Below, in pieces: positions 37,379-49,300 of a stretch of 64,000 nt of DNA; the stretch's first letter is position 1; each line of letters opens with the position of its first letter. Source of the DNA: Tubulanus polymorphus (Eukaryota; Animalia; Nemertea). Below the pieces are notes generated by a model. It searched no databases and was not told the DNA's origin. It was given only the letters and a program-made list of their open reading frames with translations. A program made the translations under genes and the position numbers. The stretch is from positions 5,870,778 through 5,934,777 of the forward strand of contig NC_134030.1 of the NCBI RefSeq assembly GCF_964204645.1, given 5' to 3'.

Positions 37379-40300
37379 CTACGTTGTTGAATCAATGCCT
37401 GCGCTTAAATATCCTAAATTTAGCATCCCTCGGTCGTCCATAGCTGGCGGTTGTTCAACTTGCGTCAAGTCGACAGTGTCTTCCGTTCTGCTATAGAGGG
37501 CGTTGTTGAACCCCACCGCGTCCGGGCCGGCAATTTGTCGGCGCCGTAAGAAGATGACAATACCGACAATAACCGCTACTAGCATTATCATACCAACACA
37601 AATTCCGACGATCATTCCGGTTTCTTTCCTCACGTCTGTAGTAAAGAGAAATAATGTCAAGGGTGTAAACGAGTACATATCATACTAAACAGACCCTTCG
37701 ACAAAGAACAAATTTGATTTTCTATACCTTGTGTTTGGCCACCGGCAACTGGTCCGTTAGTGGGCCCAACAGTGGCTCGTTTGGTGGTAGTTTTGATAGG
37801 TTTTGGCGTTGTAGCTTTCGTAACGGGGGTTGGCAGAGAAGTAACTGAAATGATACGCGTTTAGTACATTTAAAAAAAAAAGAATAGTACAAGCATACGC
37901 ACGATAATGGAACAAAATATAAATGTTTAACCACGCACGTTGGATTGCCGGCTTTTGACATATGTAAAGTCGATAGGTTGTACACGATTCAGGGTACCAT
38001 TGACCACTGCTCTGAGCCATAGATCCACATGCCTTGCTCGAACTCTGTGATTTATTGGGCTCGCCACTAGCCCAGTTTTTATAGTCGATTTTCGTATCAT
38101 CCAGCCATGTCCAAGGCCCTATTAAAAATAATAGTGATGCCGTATAGTAAACGATGTGATAAAGCATTTCAAAACTGATCACTCGTTTCCTTAGTGGTTT
38201 ACTAACTCAAAAGCTGCACCATACATACGTACCGTCTTTCTCTTTGGCCAAGCCGATCCAATAATTGTAGGACCGTTTGACTGATTTGAAAACATTCACG
38301 AAGAAATTCGTCACTTCCTGTGAATGAATGGATGCTAGTTCGGCTCCGTGATTCATTTGACACAGAAAACTAGCATACGCTATCGCCTTAGTACTCGAGT
38401 TGGAAAAATAATAACACATGTTGTTATGGTAAATCCAGGGATATTTACAGCGATCCGGGTGTACAGGTGCAACTGACGGTTTAGTGGCTGAAAATTATGA
38501 AACAGAACTTTGTGATGATGAAAAATCTACATGGTTATGAACGCACAAATCAGACTGAAAGTAAACTCTACCGAATTCATAATGACAATACGTTGATCAA
38601 CGAAGCTTTTCTTACCTTCGGTCGTTTTACAAACGAATGGAAATTTCTGATTACAATCCGTTTTGTTCCATTTGCCGTTGGCCATCATTGACACGCACTT
38701 CCAGTCCGTCCTCGAAGACGGTTCGTTCGTACCCCAGTTCTTGTAGATGAACGGCCATCCGTCTATCCACCCAAGCCTATCGAGACCCTGAACGACCAAT
38801 AAACATCGGTTAGTTGTTAGTCAACATTCGATGTAACGAAGCAGGTGAAATATACATGTAAATATTACCATCCTAGCGTTCAATCCGATCCAGAAGCTCG
38901 TGACGTTCATTATTTCTGATATATAATGAACGTAGGTTTGTTCGAATTGATCAGTGATCGAAACTAACTCCGCCTTCGGGGCTTCTTTATCCGAGCAATG
39001 ACGATTGGCTTGTTCCCAGTTCATCTTTTGGACGATTACCTTGTAGCAACTTTGACGATAGCGGCTGTACCCGTTTTTACACGTCGATGATGTCGGTTTA
39101 GGTGTCGGTAAGCTGGGGTCTGTAATTGGAATTCATGCAATAGATTCTAGGTGAAGAAGGCCCAGATAGAGTCCAGTAATGGTGGACTCAAGTAACACGA
39201 GATCCTTGGCATTTGCCTAAGAAGAAAGGAGATTTCTATGCGTAAAAATACCATACCCTTTAGACCGGAGCATACAAATCCATTTAAATCGGTACAGGTT
39301 TTCAATCGCCAAAGCCCGGCACCCACGGGGGATGAAACCATCTCAGCACATGCATACTGAAATGTTAGTACGAGTGCAATGTATGAACAAGCCCAACGTT
39401 TCCGAAATATGGACACAAGAACTATGATTCTTACGGTATCATATTTGATTCCGCTTCTGGTTGGCTGCGATTTTTGCCAGTACGTGACCCTCGTTCGTTT
39501 ATAGTTGATCCAGCTGTACGTGTACTTTTTTCGATTGTCCGACATTCCGATCCAAGCGTTCGCTGTCAAGTTAACCAGTAAGGTCGTCACCAAAGCTGCG
39601 AAAACCAAAATTAACATTGTATGATACTTTTAGAAATCAAACTAATGTAGAATACTAAAGACAGTGTTGCTCTGATTTCTGAATGAAGTTAAACGCAACT
39701 ACGGCTGTTGGTGTTACGGCTATTTATTAATATCCATTATTCACGAAATGAATTACATTAGAAAACTAAGTGATGATTAACGAGATAATGTAGTTCAAGT
39801 TGATGGACACTTACATTGTTCATAATCGGATTCTATGACCATTAGATCGTATTTTGTGCCGAAGGTCCCGCATTTTTTTCTCGCATTTGCCCAAGTTTTC
39901 AGCTCAGATAAAACCTTGATACATTTATTACCTGCAATCAAAAATACCGTTCTCACATCATTTGATAACAACCCGGCAGGAAGCACCTACTCTTTTTACG
40001 TAACGAAGTTTATTCATTTACCTATGGGTACAAAGTCGGTTGGACAGTTCCCGACAATTGGTGGTTCAGTCGGTGGTAGGATGGTGGCGAAGCTGTCGTT
40101 GGTTTTTTTACAAATGAAATTTCCAGTGTACGTACAAGATGCAGTACTCCAAACACCTGCGAATTTGAAAAAGTAACAAAAATCTTATCAACCAGATGAA
40201 AGATAAGAACTAGAATCCATTTGAGATTAGAGAACGATAATCTATCTCTAGGCCTTTTTGAACACTTAAAGTACGGATCCACCCTCCGCAATTCCTCCGA

Positions 40301-43300
40301 AAGTTCTCAAATAATTCTGTTGTTATTTCCATCTTTGATCTAATGATTTAGATTTCTTAATTTAATGATGCAAAAATATAGTGATCTTTGTTTCTCCATT
40401 CGTTTCAATTCTATTCATCACATTTTCACTCCTTTTTCTATTTTTCCGCAGTCCAGCCAAGATTTCATGTGGAAAATAGTCGGCTTGTGATTGAATCTCA
40501 TAAAGATAAATGGTATGTTCAAGTTTAATCCACGTATATAAAACATATGATATAATACAATATATGTTATCTATTCCTGTGACTCTATTGTAAATTTTGT
40601 TTACGAAATAAATATATATATATATATTACAAGTATAAGAAATTTCCATTTCAAAACTCCTGATATGGGAAAAATCTTTTTTTTCTCTATCTTGTTTATT
40701 TTCTCTTCGCCCTCCCATGTTTCTATAAAAATCCCAGGCCTTATGAGACTCGAGTGTATGGACCAGAATAGGCAAACGGTTACCTAACGTTTTGCTCATG
40801 CGGACGCATTGGCTGCTTGACGTAGAACTGGGTTGTCGTCTGTCCCAATTAGTATAAAGTAACGGCAGTTTATCACTCCATCTGAAACGGAAACAGCTCA
40901 GTTACAGCATATCTAAATTTCATTTTCTCTGACATCTCTGAAATCATATTTGTCCATAAGATAAAACATACCTTCCCGGTCCATCCCTGTACGAGAGTCC
41001 AACCCAATATTTACTGCTTCCGCTGGTTAATTTGCCAATCTACAAAGTAACGGTTGATTTAAGATTAGAAGTTCAAAAAGAAACATAATCCGGAGTAGTT
41101 TCGCCGAATACAGACCATGCCCAAAACAAAGTTCAATTCAGTCTGTGAATCGATGCTGGTTAGATGACCGCCATAACCATTACATAAATCTTCAGCCTTA
41201 GTCCAGGTGGTACGCCGGCTACTTCCATACGACGTCGTCGCATAATAGCACATACCATCGAAATGAATCCATTTTACGGATGCGTCCTTGCTGTGGCAAG
41301 TAGGAGCTATAAATTTACGAAACATATTTGTATATCTGTTTGGAAATTAGCAATTAGTTTTGTCGATACTTTGATCATCATTGATCATAAAAAAGGAAAT
41401 GTATGTGATTGATTCCTCAAAATGATAAAACCTACACGTGTCACCCGTTGGCGGTACTTGTGTAACTGGCGGCTTGGTTCCTATAAAAAAAGACAGATAG
41501 CCGTCGAGATATTAATTGCAATATAGGCCTAATGACTTTGTATTTAACGACTGTGTATGATGTATTTACCAGGAGCGACACCACAGATGTAATAGCGAGA
41601 TGTGTGACAGTTGATATCATTCCATTTCATACTGTTTCCGTACATTTCTAAGCATTCTTCTTGATTGTTAAAACTGTTTGGTTCACCGCTTTGCCAGTTC
41701 GTATAATCCCAACTCGAACCATCGCTCCACTGCCACGCTAAAAATTGATTCTAATATACTGCAGAAACTTGCTGTAAATTGATATATGCTGTATGTAAAG
41801 TATTGGGTCGTCTTGAATATCTGATTGATCAAAGAAGACTGACGACTTTCCCCCGAAATCCTGTTCAGCTGCATAAAAACTTGCTATAACCGAAGCAGAA
41901 GTTATCTTTTACTTACTATTATTGAATTGGGGATCTTTGGAGTTTCCTCCAATCCAATAGTTACTGCCCCTGAAAATAAGTTATTAGTTATTAGAACCCA
42001 TTGTACCATTTGCTCTATGGGTACTGTTTAGTGCATTTAATTGTTAGCGTTATGGTTTGTACTCTCAGCCTAATCTATGGAAAAGCACTACACTTAACGT
42101 ATTCATGAGTCACATTAAATTCCATTAAATTAAATCACATGCGATTAATGATTATGATGATACATAAACACTACATACTACTCTAGCAGGCTTTTATTCT
42201 GTTGGAAATTTGTAATTGTGCCTTAATAATTCAAAATCATTCAATCAAGATACATCAAAATATCAAAAACCGTTATATACAAAGTAGAATTCAAATTCGA
42301 CATTCGACCATCTCAACGTTCAGCCCACCTGCAAATAGCTTAATTTTTTAAAATCAAAGCAGCTTCATAACTTACCAACGTAGGCCCAATGTAGAACGAG
42401 AAGGTATCTTTTTATGAAATGATGCCAGGTCCCCGCCGTATTTATTTTTGCATATTAATCGAGCTTCGTCATATGTGTAAATGGTGTTTCGTCGCCGAAA
42501 TGCCTGTAGGGGGAGTAGCGTTAGTGTATTGAAGAAAAGCGAAAGCAATAGATACAAAGTCAATTCAAAATCCACTGAACTAACACCAGGCTCCGATTCC
42601 ACAGACCAGACTGCTTCCACAATAGGCTTTGAGTAATTTGTAAGATTGTTTCGTTTTATGGTCATACTAGTTTAGTGCGGACTATTCTAAAAGCCTTGAC
42701 TGTGGAATCGCGGATATGATGGATCCTGTACGACATGATCATGAGATTTACTAATGATATATAATCAACAGTTTGGGTTAATCGAAGAAGAATCAACGCG
42801 ATTGGTTAATAAAACTGAGAGACAAATAAGCGCAGATACAGCTAAAGTTCTACCATCACCGCTGAGACTGAAGCTAAACTATAGCGCCACCTACAGTGCG
42901 AACTGATACTCACGAACTATTTGGAACAAGGTCTCGAAAAAATGTCGTAAACTGCGCATTACCGTGGAGACTGATCAGATGTCCCCCGTAGTTTGAGAAG
43001 CAAAAATTCTCTGCGTCATCCCAATTTTGCAGATCGGTAGTGAACGCCTTTGGAAACGATATTCAAACGTTGATTACGAAGGCAATTTTTATGAACGGAT
43101 ATAGAAATTATGTTGGAGCCGACCACATGTTTCGAGACAGCTCATCTCAGATATATTTCTATCCAGAAAAAATCGCGAAAAAATAACTACACACCTTATA
43201 ACACATGCCGTCGAAATATTTCCATGCTCTTGGGCAGTTTTCTCTGGGGTGTGTTGTAGGTGCTGGCGTAGTGTAATCAGAATCCGGCGCTTCGCAAATG

Positions 43301-46300
43301 AACGGCGCCGTTTTGGTACACATCCTGTCAGCCCACAGGTTCTGTTTTATCGGTTCCGACTGAATGACGGCGCACATCGGCTTATTCGACCCTATATCAA
43401 ATACACAGACATTCATCAGTTACGACGTATATATTGTTACCGTATTCCAAGGCTTCCTGCTACATTGATATATATATATACGTACCATCATGAGAGACGT
43501 CCCAATAGGTATGCGTTGCACGACTACCATCAGTCCACTTGTATGTATTCGACGTCCAGGAAGTGTATTTTCGGTCGTTCGTGAAACCGATCCAGTACGA
43601 AATAACATCGTCTCTGATCAATGATCCGACGAACGTATTCTCCATGCTTGCAAATAGAAAATATAGTATACTTCACAACAACTTCGCAGTGGAATTACTA
43701 AGAACAAGGACATCAATACGATTGCATTCCTCATGACGGAAAACCTATTGAATTTTTGATTTCACCGTTTCTTACCGATCTTTGATTTTTACAAGATGAC
43801 CTCCGTTTTTACGACAGTAACCCTCTGCATCGTTGAAAGTGAATTTGTCCGAATTCACACCATAGCACGATTTGCCCCATTTGTGCCTGTATAACTAGAA
43901 CATAAATAAGTATATACGTGTATATGGTATTTATATTTACAAAATGGCAATAAATCTTGGAAATAAAAGGACTTTTTCATTGTTTCTACTTGCATCCAAT
44001 GTTTATGGCTTGATACGAGTATGAACTGATCAACGATATTCTGGCAATTGTCACTTGAAAAAACAATATACGTTTTTCGGTTCAATCAATTACAACTAAA
44101 GTTTCATATGAACTGACCATAGCTGGGCATCCTGTTAATGTCGAAGGTGTTGTTTGAATAGATACCAATTGCAATCCTGTCTGGCAAATGTATCCGACAT
44201 TGGCTGAACTAGAGCTACAATCCCTCACCGAGAAATCACTGTACTAGAATACAAACGGGAAATACGGAAGAATCTCGTCTGATCTAACTATAATTTGAAA
44301 GCATCATTTATAATTTTGCTTACTTTCTTCATTACGACACAATTAGGTTCGTCCAAAATGAATTGCGGCTCGTTTGTCATCCACTCGGTGTAGCTTATAT
44401 CGGAGCCATCCACCCATTGGAAATATTGAGGATCATCCTTAGCGTTAAGTCCGATCCAATATTGAGATCCTTCAGAAATATTTGATATGCTTGTTTCAAA
44501 TACAGAGGTAATAACGGCTTCTAGGTATTCACTAATTCATGGCATAAATTCAATGTACCTGAACTCATGATGAGGTCTTGAATAAACGTTTTTTTGAACC
44601 GATCTTCTATCGTTAGTAGATTACCACCAGATTTCACACATTCAGCCTGTGCCGATTCCCACGTTAATGCTTTGCTGTTGATCTGGATACACTGGTTTTT
44701 CGAGTATCTGCTCCAGGCTTTCGGACAACCGAGCATATTACCTGAATAAACAAAAATAAACCAAAATTGGGATAAAATTGAATACACGAGATTCAGGTGT
44801 ATTGATATTGAAACTAACCCGTCGAGGTGGTGGGAAGTGTGGGTGGTGGAACAGTCGTTTTCGGGACACTTGATGATTTCTTGCATACATATCCTAATTG
44901 ACTTTCACAATCGAAGATTTTCCACTTAGAAGAAGACGGAGATATGGCTCCGCAACTGTAACCACTTGATTTAATCGAAGGCTGTCCTGAAAAATTCGTC
45001 ACAAGGTTATTAGAAATTTTTAGTTGTCTGTCCAGAATTTCGTGACATTGTTTTGTAACAAACTATTTCTCACCGGTTTCATAATTAAAGTAAGCCATCG
45101 GCGACGAGTTTACCCAAGAGAATTTAAGAAATTGCTTTGAGAACGCCATGTTGTACAGCGCTGTCCACAGCCAAAGATTCGGCAGTCCCCGCATGCGCCC
45201 TAAAATTACGAAAACGTAATAATTGCTGGGATAACTTTCTTAACAAATCTACATTCTAAACAATCAGTAAAATCGGCACAAAATGTTACCAGCGATATAG
45301 ATTTGTTCACTGGGATCCAAAATGGTCAGCAAATCACCACCGGCATTTAAACAATTGCGACGAGCATCGTTCCATTTGGCAGACTGTTGTATGTTGAACT
45401 GGTAGCAATATTGCTCGTGGTGTGGGGCTGTCTCCCAGCCACTGCCGCATTCTTTAGACGCTACAAAAGATCATTTTACCTGCTGCATTTTACGATTCCT
45501 CTCGTATATCAGCATACAAACTTAAAAGACATCGTGTCGTCTGTTTGCTCATATATTGCGGATCTAGACTTTTCCGTAATGTTTTAACGATATATACGTT
45601 TTTTATCCGTCAAGGTATACAATTCATGTCATATTGGAAATATAGTGATAGCGAGGTACCTGTAGTCGTAATAACTGGTGTTGGCAATACGGCAATCCTC
45701 ACTGAAACAACAATATGTTATTAACATCGATATTGTTATCAACGGTTGATCAGTTCCAACAACAACCAAAAGAAGTGATCTTTCTAGAATTAGTGCTAAG
45801 AGTTTTCACTTCACTTACCAGCCGGTTTTTCACAGATGAAACCGACTTTCTCAGTACAATTCAAGTGATTCCAACGACCAATTTTACTACCGGGCCCGAA
45901 TACATCAACGCAGTTCTCATCATCGGGCACATTTTGTTCATTGTCGTCCCAGTTTGTATAGACCGCCTGAAAAGTGTTTTCAGTGCAGTGATGATGTAAA
46001 ATTACATGTAAAATTCATTGCCATTTTTATTTTCAGAAAAAATCAGGGAAGAAACAAGGTTTCTCTTGTCCCACTGGATAATTGTGACGCTTATATCATA
46101 TAAGTTAGGGTAGTTTTGAAGGGAATGAATTCATCATTTGAAGATATGATTGTAATTCCTACACCATTTCGGAATCAAAGAATTAGATCTACTGTTAACG
46201 TAAAAGCATAATGGATTACCGCTTGTTCTTCGTAATTCCAAGTCCATATCTGATTTCCTTGATCATCTTCTATCCTATGCAAACCGATCCACATAGGAGA

Positions 46301-49300
46301 TGGAATCTTGGCTGAAAAAAATTACCATGTTAAGTTTAAGAGCTCCATTTCGAAGCCATCAGCGCACGTCAGAAAATACACTACTCCCTTCAAAATTCAA
46401 CGTGCAGGGCGCCTAACAAAAATGTTAGAGAAGATATTATTAACCATTACGTTCGTAAGATATTTTCCACTTTTTTTAGATTCAAAGAGAGTTCGAAAGG
46501 CTTTTCACGGGAACAGGAAAATAAATGCATGTTTAATTGGCACTGTGATGACACGATCGCCGGCAAACTCCACCAGATTTATTTGGATCTATTTCGGTTA
46601 CCTGCAATGAAAGTCATCGTATCTTCGTTTCGAATAGTCGCCAGTCTGGATCCGCGCTTCTGACAAAAACGCTGCGCTTGTGATTGCGTTACTGATGTCG
46701 TGTTGAATAGAAAACAGGCGGCATGGTCCGGGAAAACTTCCCAGCCAGAATCGCACGAATATTCGACTGCAAGAACATTTATGCAAGACAAATATGAAAC
46801 CCTAATGAGCGGCTTGCATGATAAAGTTGTGTTAAAACTTGCTCGTAACGGCTCCGAAAGATAGTCACTTACGTGGTGGTGTGGGTTTATACACAGGAGA
46901 TTTGTAAGATGGAATCTGACAGACGAACGGTTGACTGACGTAACAGTCCGGTCTCAGTGACCAGCCACCATTATCTGCAGAAAAATGTAAAGGGGAAAAG
47001 AGGAATGGCGGATATTCTGAACATGGCTAGAACTAAATCAACGCAAAATCATTGAAAATTCACATCGACATGCTATATGTTACATACCGATATCCATTTG
47101 ACCACAAAGGTCATTAGATACATAAGCCGGTTGTCCATCTAACCAAAACGTTGCTGCAAGGGGACTACCGTCAACCCATTGAGCCTTACCATTTACATTT
47201 GCTAAACAAGGAGGAGGTTTTTTAGCATGCATTAAGATACATACATATATACATTCATACATATATACATCAAAAAGAAGGCTATAACTTGGTATAAGTG
47301 ATTTCAGGTAATGAAATGACAATCAGATAGGGGTGACATGCAGACTTGCACGATATCGGTACACACTTGATCTCAAGTGAGAGATTGATTACATGTATAA
47401 AGCAGTCAAGGATGTGTCGCTGAGATAAGAATGCCGCGATCATTGCAAATCACTTTCAATTCTCCGATGTCATAATGTTGGGTCACAAAGGAAATTGGAT
47501 AACATGCATAGCACATTCACAGTCGGTTTTGCATGCAAATGCAAGATCACATAAAGATTTTATTTACGCTGAATAGACATTTGGCCACAGCCGATTGTAT
47601 TTTTGTTTATGCTCATAAGCCAATTGGTGTAGGTAATGTTCGTTCCCTGAACCCATGTTAGCTCGCTGTCTGGTTCATCCTCTGGTGTATGAGAAAGAGA
47701 TATCATCAACTCGATTTGTAACATTTGTAACACTTATTTTGGTCAAGATTCCTCTCAAAAATGACGTTTGGAACTGGTCAACAGGGCTCTATGTATGGAT
47801 TTGTATGGTTAAGTTACCTCGAGGCCGTTAAAATGGTATACTTACTATGTATGCCCAGCCAGATATCAGTATACCTCACACTGTCCCCAATACGGTTTAG
47901 TATGTTGTTAATTATGAACTTCTGTTGGTCATTGCTGGAAATACAAATAATCATGAGACAATTGCGTCCGCGATCGTTGTTAGAATTAGAAATGATACTT
48001 ACGATTTGATAATCAGATGGTCAGCGTTGCGGTCCTTGCAAAATGTATGCGCGTCCGACCAGGAGGCAAGTTCGCCTGTTGTAGCGTGCAGCATGTAGCA
48101 CTGGTCTTTATAGGTTTGCCAGCCATCATCACAAGCCCCTGAAACAATAAAACATAGAATTGGTTAGTATTTAAGAACCGATTCGCCATATAGTAACAAA
48201 ATATATTTCGATTATTATCTCAATATTATTTTGAAATGTATTAAAACATAGATGAATCTTGGTTGGTTTTAAGATTTGGAAGGCTATTTCTTAAAAGGTT
48301 ATCCACTAGTATTTATCTGATATATGTGAAACAGGTAAATAGATAATGAAAGAAATTCAAATGGCATTTCCCCTACCTAAACTCTTCTGGCAGATGAATC
48401 TATTGAATGCCGAGCACTCTGATGTAACCCACGTCTTGTTTTCATTGCTAGCGTCACTTGTCAGATATACGCAATTCTTCGTTTTATCGGTTCTGAAAAA
48501 TCATATATATATACAACAGTGCTAAATGACAGAATTCATGGGACCTATTCAGTATGATCCTCATTTACGCAGTCAGTGTCTAAACCGTATCTATAATACG
48601 TCCATGATCTATCTAAGCACATACCCTGGCTGACCATCTATCCAGTAGACGTTAGTATTATCCAATGACTCTCCTGACACCCAGACCTGTTGTAACCAAT
48701 ATGCGTATAAAGTAGCACATGATAGCTGCATAATGGAGGGTATCCGAAATATGGCAGAATGTGGAAAAACTTTCGCAATAAGCGTTGTATCATTTAGGGT
48801 GGTTGGTCGTCTTTACCTTTGAAGTACTTGTATAATTCAAACCAATCCAAACGTTGGAATTGCTTCCATAAACAATATCGTGAACGGCCGTTTCGTCATT
48901 GTAGTTTAATATTGACACCAGGTTTGCGTTTTCCGTTTGACATTGAGCCCTGGAAAAATAGGGATTATTTCTAATTCAATTTCTGCGGTTCAAGTTCCAG
49001 TACCAAAATCATGTATGTTATTTACATTTTCAAAACATAAGAAATTGTTTCGTTATTGCTGAAAAACAGATTTTCAATCCGTGCTTAAGTTGTTATCATA
49101 CACGGTGTTTTAGCATTACGTAACTACTTTAATTTCTGTGTTAAGATATGGCCAGTTTCGTTAATTTTTTGGCACTCTGATCTGCCGAGTGATTTGGTTT
49201 TGAGAGTCGAACTCATTCATCACTTACTTTGCCGAATCCCAAGTACCCTTTGATTCCATTGAATATTTGTAGCAGCGATCGTCGTAAATCTGCCAACCGT

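Noticed and set aside
44470-44558. Apparent 38-nt intron in lectin CTLD6
   Set aside because: An AAG acceptor at 44470-44472 gives an ordinary 89-nt intron and normal CTLD spacing (DLIMSSGSQYWIGL).
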